DNA of 64,000 nucleotides from Patescibacteria group bacterium (lineage in GTDB: Bacteria > Patescibacteriota > WWE3 > 2-01-FULL-39-13): the NCBI GenBank assembly GCA_048499955.1, contig JASNYX010000001.1, positions 66,452-130,451 of the forward strand, written 5' to 3'. Under the pieces are notes generated by a model. The model was not told the origin of the DNA, ran no database searches, and saw only the letters and a list, made by a program, of their open reading frames with translations. The translations under genes and the position numbers were made by a program. Numbering within the stretch: position 1 is the stretch's first letter; each line of letters starts with the position of its first letter. Shown one piece after another: positions 56,641-64,000 of the stretch.

Positions 56641-58455
56641 ATGTATAAAATGAATACAATGCCTGTTTCAAAAGTCCGCAAAGCAACCTCTTCTCACGAA
56701 GCTGAACATAAAGAGTCTAAGACTAATTCCAAGGTTACCGCTAAAGCTACTCGTCCGGTATCATCTTTGATGTCGCTGAGCGAAGATTTGAATAATGGAA
56801 ATGAAGAGAATCTCATACAAGATGATGTGTCTTTAGAGTCCGATGTGAAGTCGGATAAGAAAAATCCATCAAAGAATGTATTGGATTTTTTGGGTGAAAA
56901 GGAAAAGTCGGAGGTTTCGGGAAATGAGAAGGAAGAGGTTTCTTCAATGGGAGCCGTTGATGATTCTAATTCTAATGAGTTCTTTACTTCGTTTAATAAA
57001 TCCGCAGATCCTGTAGATGTGAAGTCTGTGCCTTTGAGTGTTCCACAAAATACTGTTTCCGACGGTAGGCAGGTTTCGGGTGATGAATCGGTTGAAGAAC
57101 CAATTATTGTCAACAAAGATGCCTCAAGTGCGGATGATAAAAATAATTCATTTACAAATATGCCTAGCTTTATGACTGTTTCTATGAACGAAAGTGCTAC
57201 TTCAAAAGGGAACTCAAATCGAAAGAGATCAGTTGCCCTCATAGTTTTTCTGTTGTTGGCTCTTGGTGGAATATTTTCTTACTTTTATTGGTTTTCAGCA
57301 GGTGGGTCATTTGTTAATCCTTTGAATGATGGTTCAGTTGTTGATAGTGATGGAATTGTTGATAATTCCGGAAATTTCGAAAGCCCTATCAATGGGATGT
57401 ATTTTAGCCCCGCAGATGCGGCAAAATTCAAAGATTTAAAACCGATTGCAGTAATGGTTAATAACTATGAAATTGCACGGCCGAGTTCAGGGTTGAGTAA
57501 GGCCGATATTATATATGAAGCTGTTGCTGAGGCAGGGATTACAAGATTAATGCCGATTTTCCATTCCAGAATTCCTGAAAGTGTCAGCTCGATAAGATCT
57601 GCCAGATATTATTTTGTTGAACTTGCTTCTTCTTACGATCCGCATTATATACATTGGGGAGCTGCTCACATGCCACCGTGTCAGAAAGCCGGAACTTGTC
57701 CGGTAGGTCCGGGAGAAAAAGTCGAAACGCTTCCTGAAACCGATGCATACGATCGAATTGTTAAACTGGGTTTGCCGAATTTAGACGGGGGAAATTACTC
57801 TTGCAACGGAGATAATTGTCCTTTCGGACGTGACCCGCTTAAAGTCGGCAAAGTCCCATCAGAGCACACTGCTTTTAGCCGATTGCCGCTTATTTATAAA
57901 TTGGCAAAAGATGTTCGCCCGCAGGATACTTGGCATCAGTTTCAGCCTCTCGCATCTTGGAAGTTCAAAGATGATGCTCCGGAATCAGAGCGAGGTAATA
58001 TCGGAGAGCTTTCTCCTATTACATATAAATATTGGGATACTCAACCTGCTTTTGATGTGAAATGGGAATACGATAAATCAAAGAATGAATATATTCGATA
58101 TCAAGGAGGCGTTAAACAGGTTGATCAGCTTGATGGAGCAGAGCTTCGTGCTAAGACTATAATCATTAGATACACAGTTCAAAAACCGGCTAACGATAAA
58201 AAGGCACATTTATTATTTGATATTGTTGGCACCGGTAAGGCTTTAGTCTTCCAAGACGGAAAATTCATTGAAGGAACTTGGACCAGAAGCACGCATGATG
58301 CTATGGATGTGTATAAAGATCTAACAGGTGAAGAGCTTATATTTACAAGAGGACAAATGTGGGTACAGCTTCTACCTCCGGAAAATAAAGTAAACTACTC
58401 TGCGGTTACCACAAATTCCACACCTACGGTTTCGCCTGCCCCTGTGTCTCAATAA
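56641..58455 (+). CDS. DUF3048 (YerB-like) membrane-anchored protein with a roughly 190-aa Ser/Asp/Glu-rich disordered N-terminal region
   Basis: One TM segment, then IAVMVNNYEIARPSSGLSKADIIYEAVAEAGITRLMPIF (DUF3048 N-domain). Confidence 0.55.
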   Translation: MYKMNTMPVSKVRKATSSHEAEHKESKTNSKVTAKATRPVSSLMSLSEDLNNGNEENLIQDDVSLESDVKSDKKNPSKNVLDFLGEKEKSEVSGNEKEEVSSMGAVDDSNSNEFFTSFNKSADPVDVKSVPLSVPQNTVSDGRQVSGDESVEEPIIVNKDASSADDKNNSFTNMPSFMTVSMNESATSKGNSNRKRSVALIVFLLLALGGIFSYFYWFSAGGSFVNPLNDGSVVDSDGIVDNSGNFESPINGMYFSPADAAKFKDLKPIAVMVNNYEIARPSSGLSKADIIYEAVAEAGITRLMPIFHSRIPESVSSIRSARYYFVELASSYDPHYIHWGAAHMPPCQKAGTCPVGPGEKVETLPETDAYDRIVKLGLPNLDGGNYSCNGDNCPFGRDPLKVGKVPSEHTAFSRLPLIYKLAKDVRPQDTWHQFQPLASWKFKDDAPESERGNIGELSPITYKYWDTQPAFDVKWEYDKSKNEYIRYQGGVKQVDQLDGAELRAKTIIIRYTVQKPANDKKAHLLFDIVGTGKALVFQDGKFIEGTWTRSTHDAMDVYKDLTGEELIFTRGQMWVQLLPPENKVNYSAVTTNSTPTVSPAPVSQ

Positions 58456-58508
58456 ACACGGTTTTTTCTCAAAAAGGGTAGTCTATTCGTGGAAATCGAG
58501 TATAATAT

Positions 58509-59099
58509 GTGTATATGTTCTTGGAAGACATCATCACATCAGAAGCTCGGGTTAAAATTCTCATCGAATTATTTTCCGAAACAAATAAGCATCTATATGT
58601 AAGAGAGTTAACTCGAAGAGTTGGTACCGAGATCAACGCAGTAAGACGGGAGCTTAAAAGGCTTACTCAGGCCGGATTAATCAAAAAAGAAAAAAGAGGT
58701 AACCGGCTCTACTATTTAATCAAAAAAGATTATCCTTTTTATTATGAACTGGTTTCCATGGTTGCCAAGGAGGCGGGTATCGGGAAAGCTGTTCTTGAAA
58801 ATCAAAGTAGATTAGGAAAAATCAAATTGGCGCTTCTATCCGCACCTTTCGCTGAGGGTCGGAAGTCTCAACAGAATGAGCTTGATCTATTGCTGGTTGG
58901 CAATATTAACCGTGAGGTTTTAGAGGAAATCATAAAAGATATAAAATCCAGAACAGATAAAGACGTAAACTATACGATTCTTGGTGACGAAGAATTTGAA
59001 TATTTAAAGAATCGAAGAGATGTTTTCCTATTGTCTTTTTTGATTGCTCCTAATATCCTGCTAGTAGGTGAAACTGATAAGTATTTAACAATTTCCTAG
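58509..59099 (+). CDS. Winged-helix transcriptional regulator with an uncharacterised C-terminal domain
   Basis: The N-terminal wHTH is of the ArsR/PadR type. Confidence 0.4.
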   Translation: MYMFLEDIITSEARVKILIELFSETNKHLYVRELTRRVGTEINAVRRELKRLTQAGLIKKEKRGNRLYYLIKKDYPFYYELVSMVAKEAGIGKAVLENQSRLGKIKLALLSAPFAEGRKSQQNELDLLLVGNINREVLEEIIKDIKSRTDKDVNYTILGDEEFEYLKNRRDVFLLSFLIAPNILLVGETDKYLTIS

Positions 59100-59166
59100 A
59101 GTTTATTATTCAGATGTTTAGGTTGTCAGAAACCTTGTTACTTTCAATTCAAACGGATAAATTAAG

Positions 59167-60648
59167 ATGACGAAATATTTAAAGAACCCTCGCTACATAT
59201 TACTCGTTGTGTTGCTTATTACTGTAATTTCGATTTTGATCGATATGCCTCGATTGCATCTTAATTATCAGCACGATTTTTCAAAATATTCCTGGAGCAG
59301 ATTCATACCTGATTGGATTTCTAAAGATAAAAACCTTGTGATTGATGAGGTAATTGGAGGATACAGTCTTAATCTGTTTAACGGATTCTTTGTGCGAGAT
59401 CTTGAAATCAAGAAGGGTTTGGATATCTCGGGAGGTGTTAGCGTGTTACTTAATGCTGACATGTCAAAAATCCCTGAATCTGAAAGGGATACCGCTCTTG
59501 AATCTTTGAAGAATGTTATTGAGCGAAGGGTTAATTTATTAGGAATTTCAGAAGCAAATGTGCAAACGACAAAAAGTGGCGGGAACCATCGGGTGCTCGT
59601 GGAATTAGCAGGGATCACAGATACCACTCAAGCTATAGATGTGATAGGTCAGGTTGCTCAGTTAAGCTTTAAAAAAGAGCGACCGATTGAGGTAGTTGAA
59701 GATGTTGAAATTGATCCATATGCATTCCCGGAATATGAGGACACTGATTTAAGCGGAGCTGATCTACGTCGTGCATCAATTGTTTTTGATCAAGGTGGAA
59801 CTTCAGTAAATACAAATCAGCCATTAATACAGCTACAATTTAATGCAGAAGGAACTCGAAAGTTCAGAGAACTCACTGAGCAGAATATTGGAAAACGTGT
59901 GGCAATCTTTTTAGATGACCAGATATTAATCGACCCTGTTGTACAAACCGCAATCACTGATGGAACAGCTGTTATTACAGGAGGTTTTAACGCCGAACAA
60001 GCTAAATTCTTAGCTGCACAACTAAACGGTGGAGCCTTGCCCGTACCGGTTAGCGTAGCTGAGCAGAAAAGTATTGGTGCTACTTTGGGCCAGGAATCAG
60101 TGAATCAAAGCATTTACGCCGGATTAATCGGCTTGGCGTTGGTTATCGGTTTCATGGTCTTTTATTACGGCAGATTAGGCATATTTGCAGGTATAGCGTT
60201 GGTAATTTATGCCTTGGTTTCATTGGCTGTTTATAAATTAGTTCCGATCGTACTTACTCTTCCGGGATTAACGGGATTTTTGTTATCGATAGGTATGGCG
60301 GTCGACGCGAACATTTTAATTTTTGAGAGAATTAAAGAGGAACTTCGAGCCGGAAAGCCTCTGCGGTTAGCCATGGAAAATGGATTTGGGCGATCTTGGG
60401 ATTCAATCCGAGATGCCAATACCGCAACGCTGGTAACTGCTTTTATATTGTTTAATCCGTTTGATTGGTCGTTTTTCCCTACCTCAGGGCTGGTTAGAGG
60501 TTTTGCATTAACTTTAGCTATCGGAATATTTATTAGCCTCTTCACCGGTATATTCATTACTAGAAACCTAATACGAGTTTTTTACAGAAAACCCGGGAAT
60601 ATTCAGGAGTGGAAGTCTAGAATTCAAGCAATAAGGGGGAACAAATGA
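59167..60648 (+). CDS. secD: Protein translocase subunit SecD
   Basis: LDISGGVSV (LGLDLRGG-like) motif and six C-terminal TM segments. Confidence 0.85.
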   Translation: MTKYLKNPRYILLVVLLITVISILIDMPRLHLNYQHDFSKYSWSRFIPDWISKDKNLVIDEVIGGYSLNLFNGFFVRDLEIKKGLDISGGVSVLLNADMSKIPESERDTALESLKNVIERRVNLLGISEANVQTTKSGGNHRVLVELAGITDTTQAIDVIGQVAQLSFKKERPIEVVEDVEIDPYAFPEYEDTDLSGADLRRASIVFDQGGTSVNTNQPLIQLQFNAEGTRKFRELTEQNIGKRVAIFLDDQILIDPVVQTAITDGTAVITGGFNAEQAKFLAAQLNGGALPVPVSVAEQKSIGATLGQESVNQSIYAGLIGLALVIGFMVFYYGRLGIFAGIALVIYALVSLAVYKLVPIVLTLPGLTGFLLSIGMAVDANILIFERIKEELRAGKPLRLAMENGFGRSWDSIRDANTATLVTAFILFNPFDWSFFPTSGLVRGFALTLAIGIFISLFTGIFITRNLIRVFYRKPGNIQEWKSRIQAIRGNK

Positions 60649-61523
60649 TTAATTTTTTAAAATTCAGCAAAATATATTTTATTTTCTCGGGCATGTTAGT
60701 TTTATTTTCTTTGGTAGCCCTGCTTGTTTGGGGATTACGTCCCTCTATCGACTTTGTTGGAGGTTCCTTACTGGAAATCAGATTTGATCAAGAGGTTTAC
60801 AATCAGTTGAATTCAGAACGGATCGAGGAGGTTATGAGTAGCGTCTCGGATGTTTCTGTTTACAATGTTCAACCGGTTCCGTCGTCTAGTTCTTTTTCCA
60901 TAAGAACTCAGCAGATTGACGAGAGCAAGAAGAACGAAGTTATGGAAAAAGTTTTGACAGACATTGGAGAAGTTGAGCTGTTGAAGTTTGAGACGGTTGG
61001 TCCGGTTTTAGGAAGAGAGTTACTTTTCAAAACGGTCTTGGCAGCACTTGGAGCCACTGCTTTCATTTTGTTGTACGTTGCAAGGCAATTTAAAGATAGA
61101 AAGTACGGACTTGCGGCGATTCTGGCTATGTTTCATGACACAATTATTTTACTTGGCTTCTTCGCAGTTTTTGGGAAAGTTTATGGCGTAGAGGTTGATA
61201 CACTTTTTGTAACGGCAATGTTAACAACCTTAAGCTTTAGTGTGCACGATACTATTGTTGTGTTTGATAGAATAAGGGAAAGGTCACACTTACTTCCTAA
61301 TGAGGATTTCAATAAGACCATAAATGAATCATTATCACAAACAATGGTTAGGTCGTTGAATAATTCTATGACCATCATTTTCATGTTAATGGCTTTGGCT
61401 TTATTAGGTGGAGTTACAATTAAGTGGTTTGCTGTTGCTTTATTAATTGGAACCATTAGTGGAACTTATTCCTCACCCTTCATAGCAGCACCATTGCTAT
61501 CAGTATTTAAAAAAACGAAGTAA
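60645..61523 (+). CDS. secF: Protein translocase subunit SecF
   Basis: IDFVGGSLLEI motif. Overlaps secD by 4 nt. Confidence 0.85.
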   Translation: MINFLKFSKIYFIFSGMLVLFSLVALLVWGLRPSIDFVGGSLLEIRFDQEVYNQLNSERIEEVMSSVSDVSVYNVQPVPSSSSFSIRTQQIDESKKNEVMEKVLTDIGEVELLKFETVGPVLGRELLFKTVLAALGATAFILLYVARQFKDRKYGLAAILAMFHDTIILLGFFAVFGKVYGVEVDTLFVTAMLTTLSFSVHDTIVVFDRIRERSHLLPNEDFNKTINESLSQTMVRSLNNSMTIIFMLMALALLGGVTIKWFAVALLIGTISGTYSSPFIAAPLLSVFKKTK

Positions 61524-61624
61524 TTTGCGAAGTCTTTGATTTATAGTTTTCTGCCTAAATTTGTATATAGTATGGATACTTAGCTCATGTTTAATGGCTA
61601 TGGTATCTTCAAAGTAGGAAAAAT

Positions 61625-62302
61625 ATGACTCCCTCAATATTGATAGTGGAAGACGACAAAGAACTCTTATCTTATCTCAAAGATTTATTGATACAGAGTG
61701 GTTATTCAGTTAAGACAGCTTCAACCGGAGTTGCAGCAATGAATTTGCTTAATGAGCAAGCACCGGATCTTGTTGTTCTAGATCTAGTGCTTCCCGATAT
61801 GCAAGGAGAGAGTTTATGTGTTGAAATCAAAAAATCTAATTCTTCGCTACCGGTGGTAATACTTACTTCTAAAGATAGCTTAAGCGAAAAGGTTCAGGGC
61901 TTAAATCTTGGTGCTGATGATTATATTACGAAACCATTTGCTTCAGAAGAGTTACTGGCAAGAGTGAAAGCTCGCTTAAGATCACAGATGCCGTCTGAAG
62001 ATATTTTAAAAGTCGCAGATCTTGAAGTCGATACGAAAAAAATTGAAGTAAAACGAGCCGGAAAGAATATCAGTTTAACCCCTCACGAATTCAGATTACT
62101 TGAATACTTGGTTCAGAATAAAGGATCAGTATTAACAAGAGATATGATTTTAAATAGAATCTGGGATTATCCTCTTGATGTGGAAAGTAGAGTTGTCGAT
62201 GTGTACGTAGGGTACCTGCGAAAGAAAATTGACCGTGGTTATAAAAAGAAATTGATTAGTTCTGTTCGCGGTTTCGGATATACAATTAAAGAGGAATCTT
62301 AA
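61625..62302 (+). CDS. OmpR-family response regulator (canonical receiver)
   Basis: EDD, DLVVLDLVLPDMQG, ILTSK and ITKPF, plus a winged helix. Confidence 0.8.
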   Translation: MTPSILIVEDDKELLSYLKDLLIQSGYSVKTASTGVAAMNLLNEQAPDLVVLDLVLPDMQGESLCVEIKKSNSSLPVVILTSKDSLSEKVQGLNLGADDYITKPFASEELLARVKARLRSQMPSEDILKVADLEVDTKKIEVKRAGKNISLTPHEFRLLEYLVQNKGSVLTRDMILNRIWDYPLDVESRVVDVYVGYLRKKIDRGYKKKLISSVRGFGYTIKEES

Positions 62303-62949
62303 AGATTTTCTTGTGGCATTTTTGGTTTTCTCCCGATAGTGATATCAATTGAAGTTTCATTTTCATGATCTTTCTTTTTCAGAACACCTGCATGTGCCTT
62401 AAATATTTCTTCGGCTACAGCCAACTTTAGAATATTCTCAGCTTCTACATCTTTATCAATTGTTTTTATGGCAGGGTTACTACCTGTTAGGTTAAGTTTA
62501 AATTTCCGGTTTTCTGATTTAGTTTGTAAGCTTACATTGTCGTACTGGTAAAGGAGTGTTTCAAAGCAGAGGTTTAGTCCTTTTTCCAGAATTTTTCTAT
62601 CAGCAAGAATTTCGATTCTTTTTGTAGGTGCTGCTTTTACTGAAACTTTTTCGCTATAAGTGCTCGAAATCAACTCGATGAGATCTTCTGCAAATAAGAA
62701 TTCGTAGGAGTAACTCAACTTCTGGCTTTTTACCTTTAGAAACAACCACAGAAGATCAATTCTGCTTAGTGCATTGTCGGTTTGCTTTTCCATTTCAAGA
62801 ATTTTGTTGTGATTGTTTTTCAGTTGGACTCTTAAAGACATTAAAGAAATTTTTAAACGAGAGAGGGGAGATCGAAGTGCGTGATTTAGGTTGCCTAAGT
62901 ATTCGTCGGAAAAGTTTTTTAAAGACATAAAGTTATAAAACAAGGGCAC
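62299..62949 (-). CDS. Minimal histidine-kinase-like protein (DHp H-box, degenerate catalytic domain, no sensor or TM segment)
   Basis: H-box NHALRSPLSRL. The C-terminal roughly 120 aa carry only weak N/G-box resemblance. GTG start. Converges on the response regulator with a 4-nt overlap. Confidence 0.45.
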   Translation of the reverse strand: MPLFYNFMSLKNFSDEYLGNLNHALRSPLSRLKISLMSLRVQLKNNHNKILEMEKQTDNALSRIDLLWLFLKVKSQKLSYSYEFLFAEDLIELISSTYSEKVSVKAAPTKRIEILADRKILEKGLNLCFETLLYQYDNVSLQTKSENRKFKLNLTGSNPAIKTIDKDVEAENILKLAVAEEIFKAHAGVLKKKDHENETSIDITIGRKPKMPQENL

Positions 62950-62982
62950 ATACTAAGTGCCCTTGTGATTATTCGAAATTCT

Positions 62983-63237
62983 TTATCTTAAGCTAGATAA
63001 AAATCTTCCGATGTATATTAAAACTACAGCACCAAAGATGGAAACTAGTATACTATATATATTGAATCCACTTACTCCTTCGAAACCAAACAGGTTCATT
63101 AGGAACCCTCCGAGAATAGCACCTACAATTCCGAGAAGCACATCCCCGATAAGATTTTGTTGACTGTTAGTTCCCATCAGCAGTGAGGTTAGCCAACCTG
63201 CAACTGCACCTAAAACTACCATTCCTAGTATTGACAT
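62983..63237 (-). CDS. GlsB/YeaQ/YmgE-family transglycosylase-associated membrane protein
   Basis: GAVAGWLTSLLMG...LGIVGAILGGFLMNLFG. Confidence 0.7.
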   Translation of the reverse strand: MSILGMVVLGAVAGWLTSLLMGTNSQQNLIGDVLLGIVGAILGGFLMNLFGFEGVSGFNIYSILVSIFGAVVLIYIGRFLSSLR

Positions 63238-63320
63238 TTTAATTCACCTCCTCATAAAAATTAATTTACTGGCATAATTTTCAGGAAGCAATTAGCTTGT
63301 TCTGAAAATCACACACAACT

Positions 63321-63881
63321 TTAATTTGCGTTTCTGCCCTCTACCATTTGCACCTGTGTCGCATTACATTTTTCAAACATATCTCTAACTTGCATGTCTT
63401 CCATACGACCGGTTACGGGAACTGCAAGCAGAATCGCACCTTCTCGTATTCTTGATTCATAGATCTTTGCTGTTTCTTCGGGCACTCCTAGGCCGGTTAA
63501 GGCACCTACGAGTCCACCGGCAAGTGCTCCTGTCGCTGCACCGGATACGGTACTAGCTGCTGCTCCTGTCAATCCTAATGCAGCTACTAGCGGTCCTCCT
63601 ATTAAGAAGGCTCCGATACCCGGTATTGTTATTGCACCGATACCTATAAGTAAACCTGCGAGTCCTCCGATCACGCCACCTGTTGTTGCACCGCTAACGG
63701 CACCTGCAGCTACGTTTTCGGATCGACCTTCGTTAATAGTTTTGACGGTTTCATCGTCTTTTACTATTACCGATATGTCTTTAGCGGAGTAACCATTTTT
63801 TTCAAGATGGTCAATTGCTTTCTCCGCATCTTCTCTTTCTGTAAATATTCCGAGTACTGTTTTCATTTTTTTCACCTCCAA
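63321..63881 (-). CDS. YflT/general-stress-protein-like domain protein with a central Gly-zipper membrane segment
   Basis: N-terminal LGIFTEREDAEKAIDHLEKNGYSAKDISVI is repeated C-terminally as ETAKIYESRIREGAILLAV. Confidence 0.4.
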   Translation of the reverse strand: MEVKKMKTVLGIFTEREDAEKAIDHLEKNGYSAKDISVIVKDDETVKTINEGRSENVAAGAVSGATTGGVIGGLAGLLIGIGAITIPGIGAFLIGGPLVAALGLTGAAASTVSGAATGALAGGLVGALTGLGVPEETAKIYESRIREGAILLAVPVTGRMEDMQVRDMFEKCNATQVQMVEGRNAN

Positions 63882-64000
63882 TAAATTTAAAATTTAACCT
63901 GTGTCATAATCAAATGTTTTTGACACAAGCGAAGATAAAGTTTTAGTATTTTTATCTTCCAACTTGTGTTTATATTATTGCTGTTGAATTAAGATGCGTA

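Noticed and set aside
1-64000. Searched the intergenic regions for tRNA, rRNA, tmRNA or RNase P-like structured RNAs
   Set aside because: No cloverleaf-like GC-rich segments or rRNA-like conservation were seen. The intergenic regions are AT-rich promoter or terminator DNA. None can be called by eye.

Overview
This window looks like a compact, low-GC bacterial chromosome segment. Hand counts on ~100-nt samples give roughly 33-40% GC. Many genes use TTG or GTG starts, several overlap by 4 nt, and some mRNAs appear leaderless. The gene content is consistent with a streamlined monoderm or CPR/Patescibacteria-like organism, but that is inference: sortase with LPXTG-type substrates, an LCP protein, RNase Y and RNase J, a shortened AlaRS, PilM/N/O-like genes and MurJ. 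Housekeeping genes recognised from motifs are: a 5'-truncated class II ribonucleotide reductase, HU, RNase Y, recX-recA, thioredoxin, GAPDH, triosephosphate isomerase, holA-like, bS20, MurJ, LepA, RNase J, family-4 UDG, RecF, AlaRS, a class IIb Asn/Asp-tRNA synthetase, RecJ, RuvX, PrmC-like, MltG, ComM/YifB, SecD and SecF. Accessory content includes a TasA/camelysin-like protein with a SipW-type signal peptidase, and a sortase locus with VPQTG and LPKTG substrates. It also includes two VapBC-like toxin-antitoxin operons, two OmpR-type response regulators (one with Asn at the phospho-acceptor position), an ECF-like sigma factor, and two very large GT-C-like membrane proteins. The most unusual region is at about 40.65-44.79 kb: a ~4.1-kb block at about 53% GC encoding secreted or membrane proteins. 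Diverged direct repeats with small palindromes precede its genes, and a long imperfect inverted repeat lies exactly at its right edge. A second oddity is a ferredoxin-like gene plus a standalone AOR/GAPOR N-terminal-domain gene sitting between gap and tpiA, where pgk normally sits. No rRNA, tRNA or CRISPR array was recognised.
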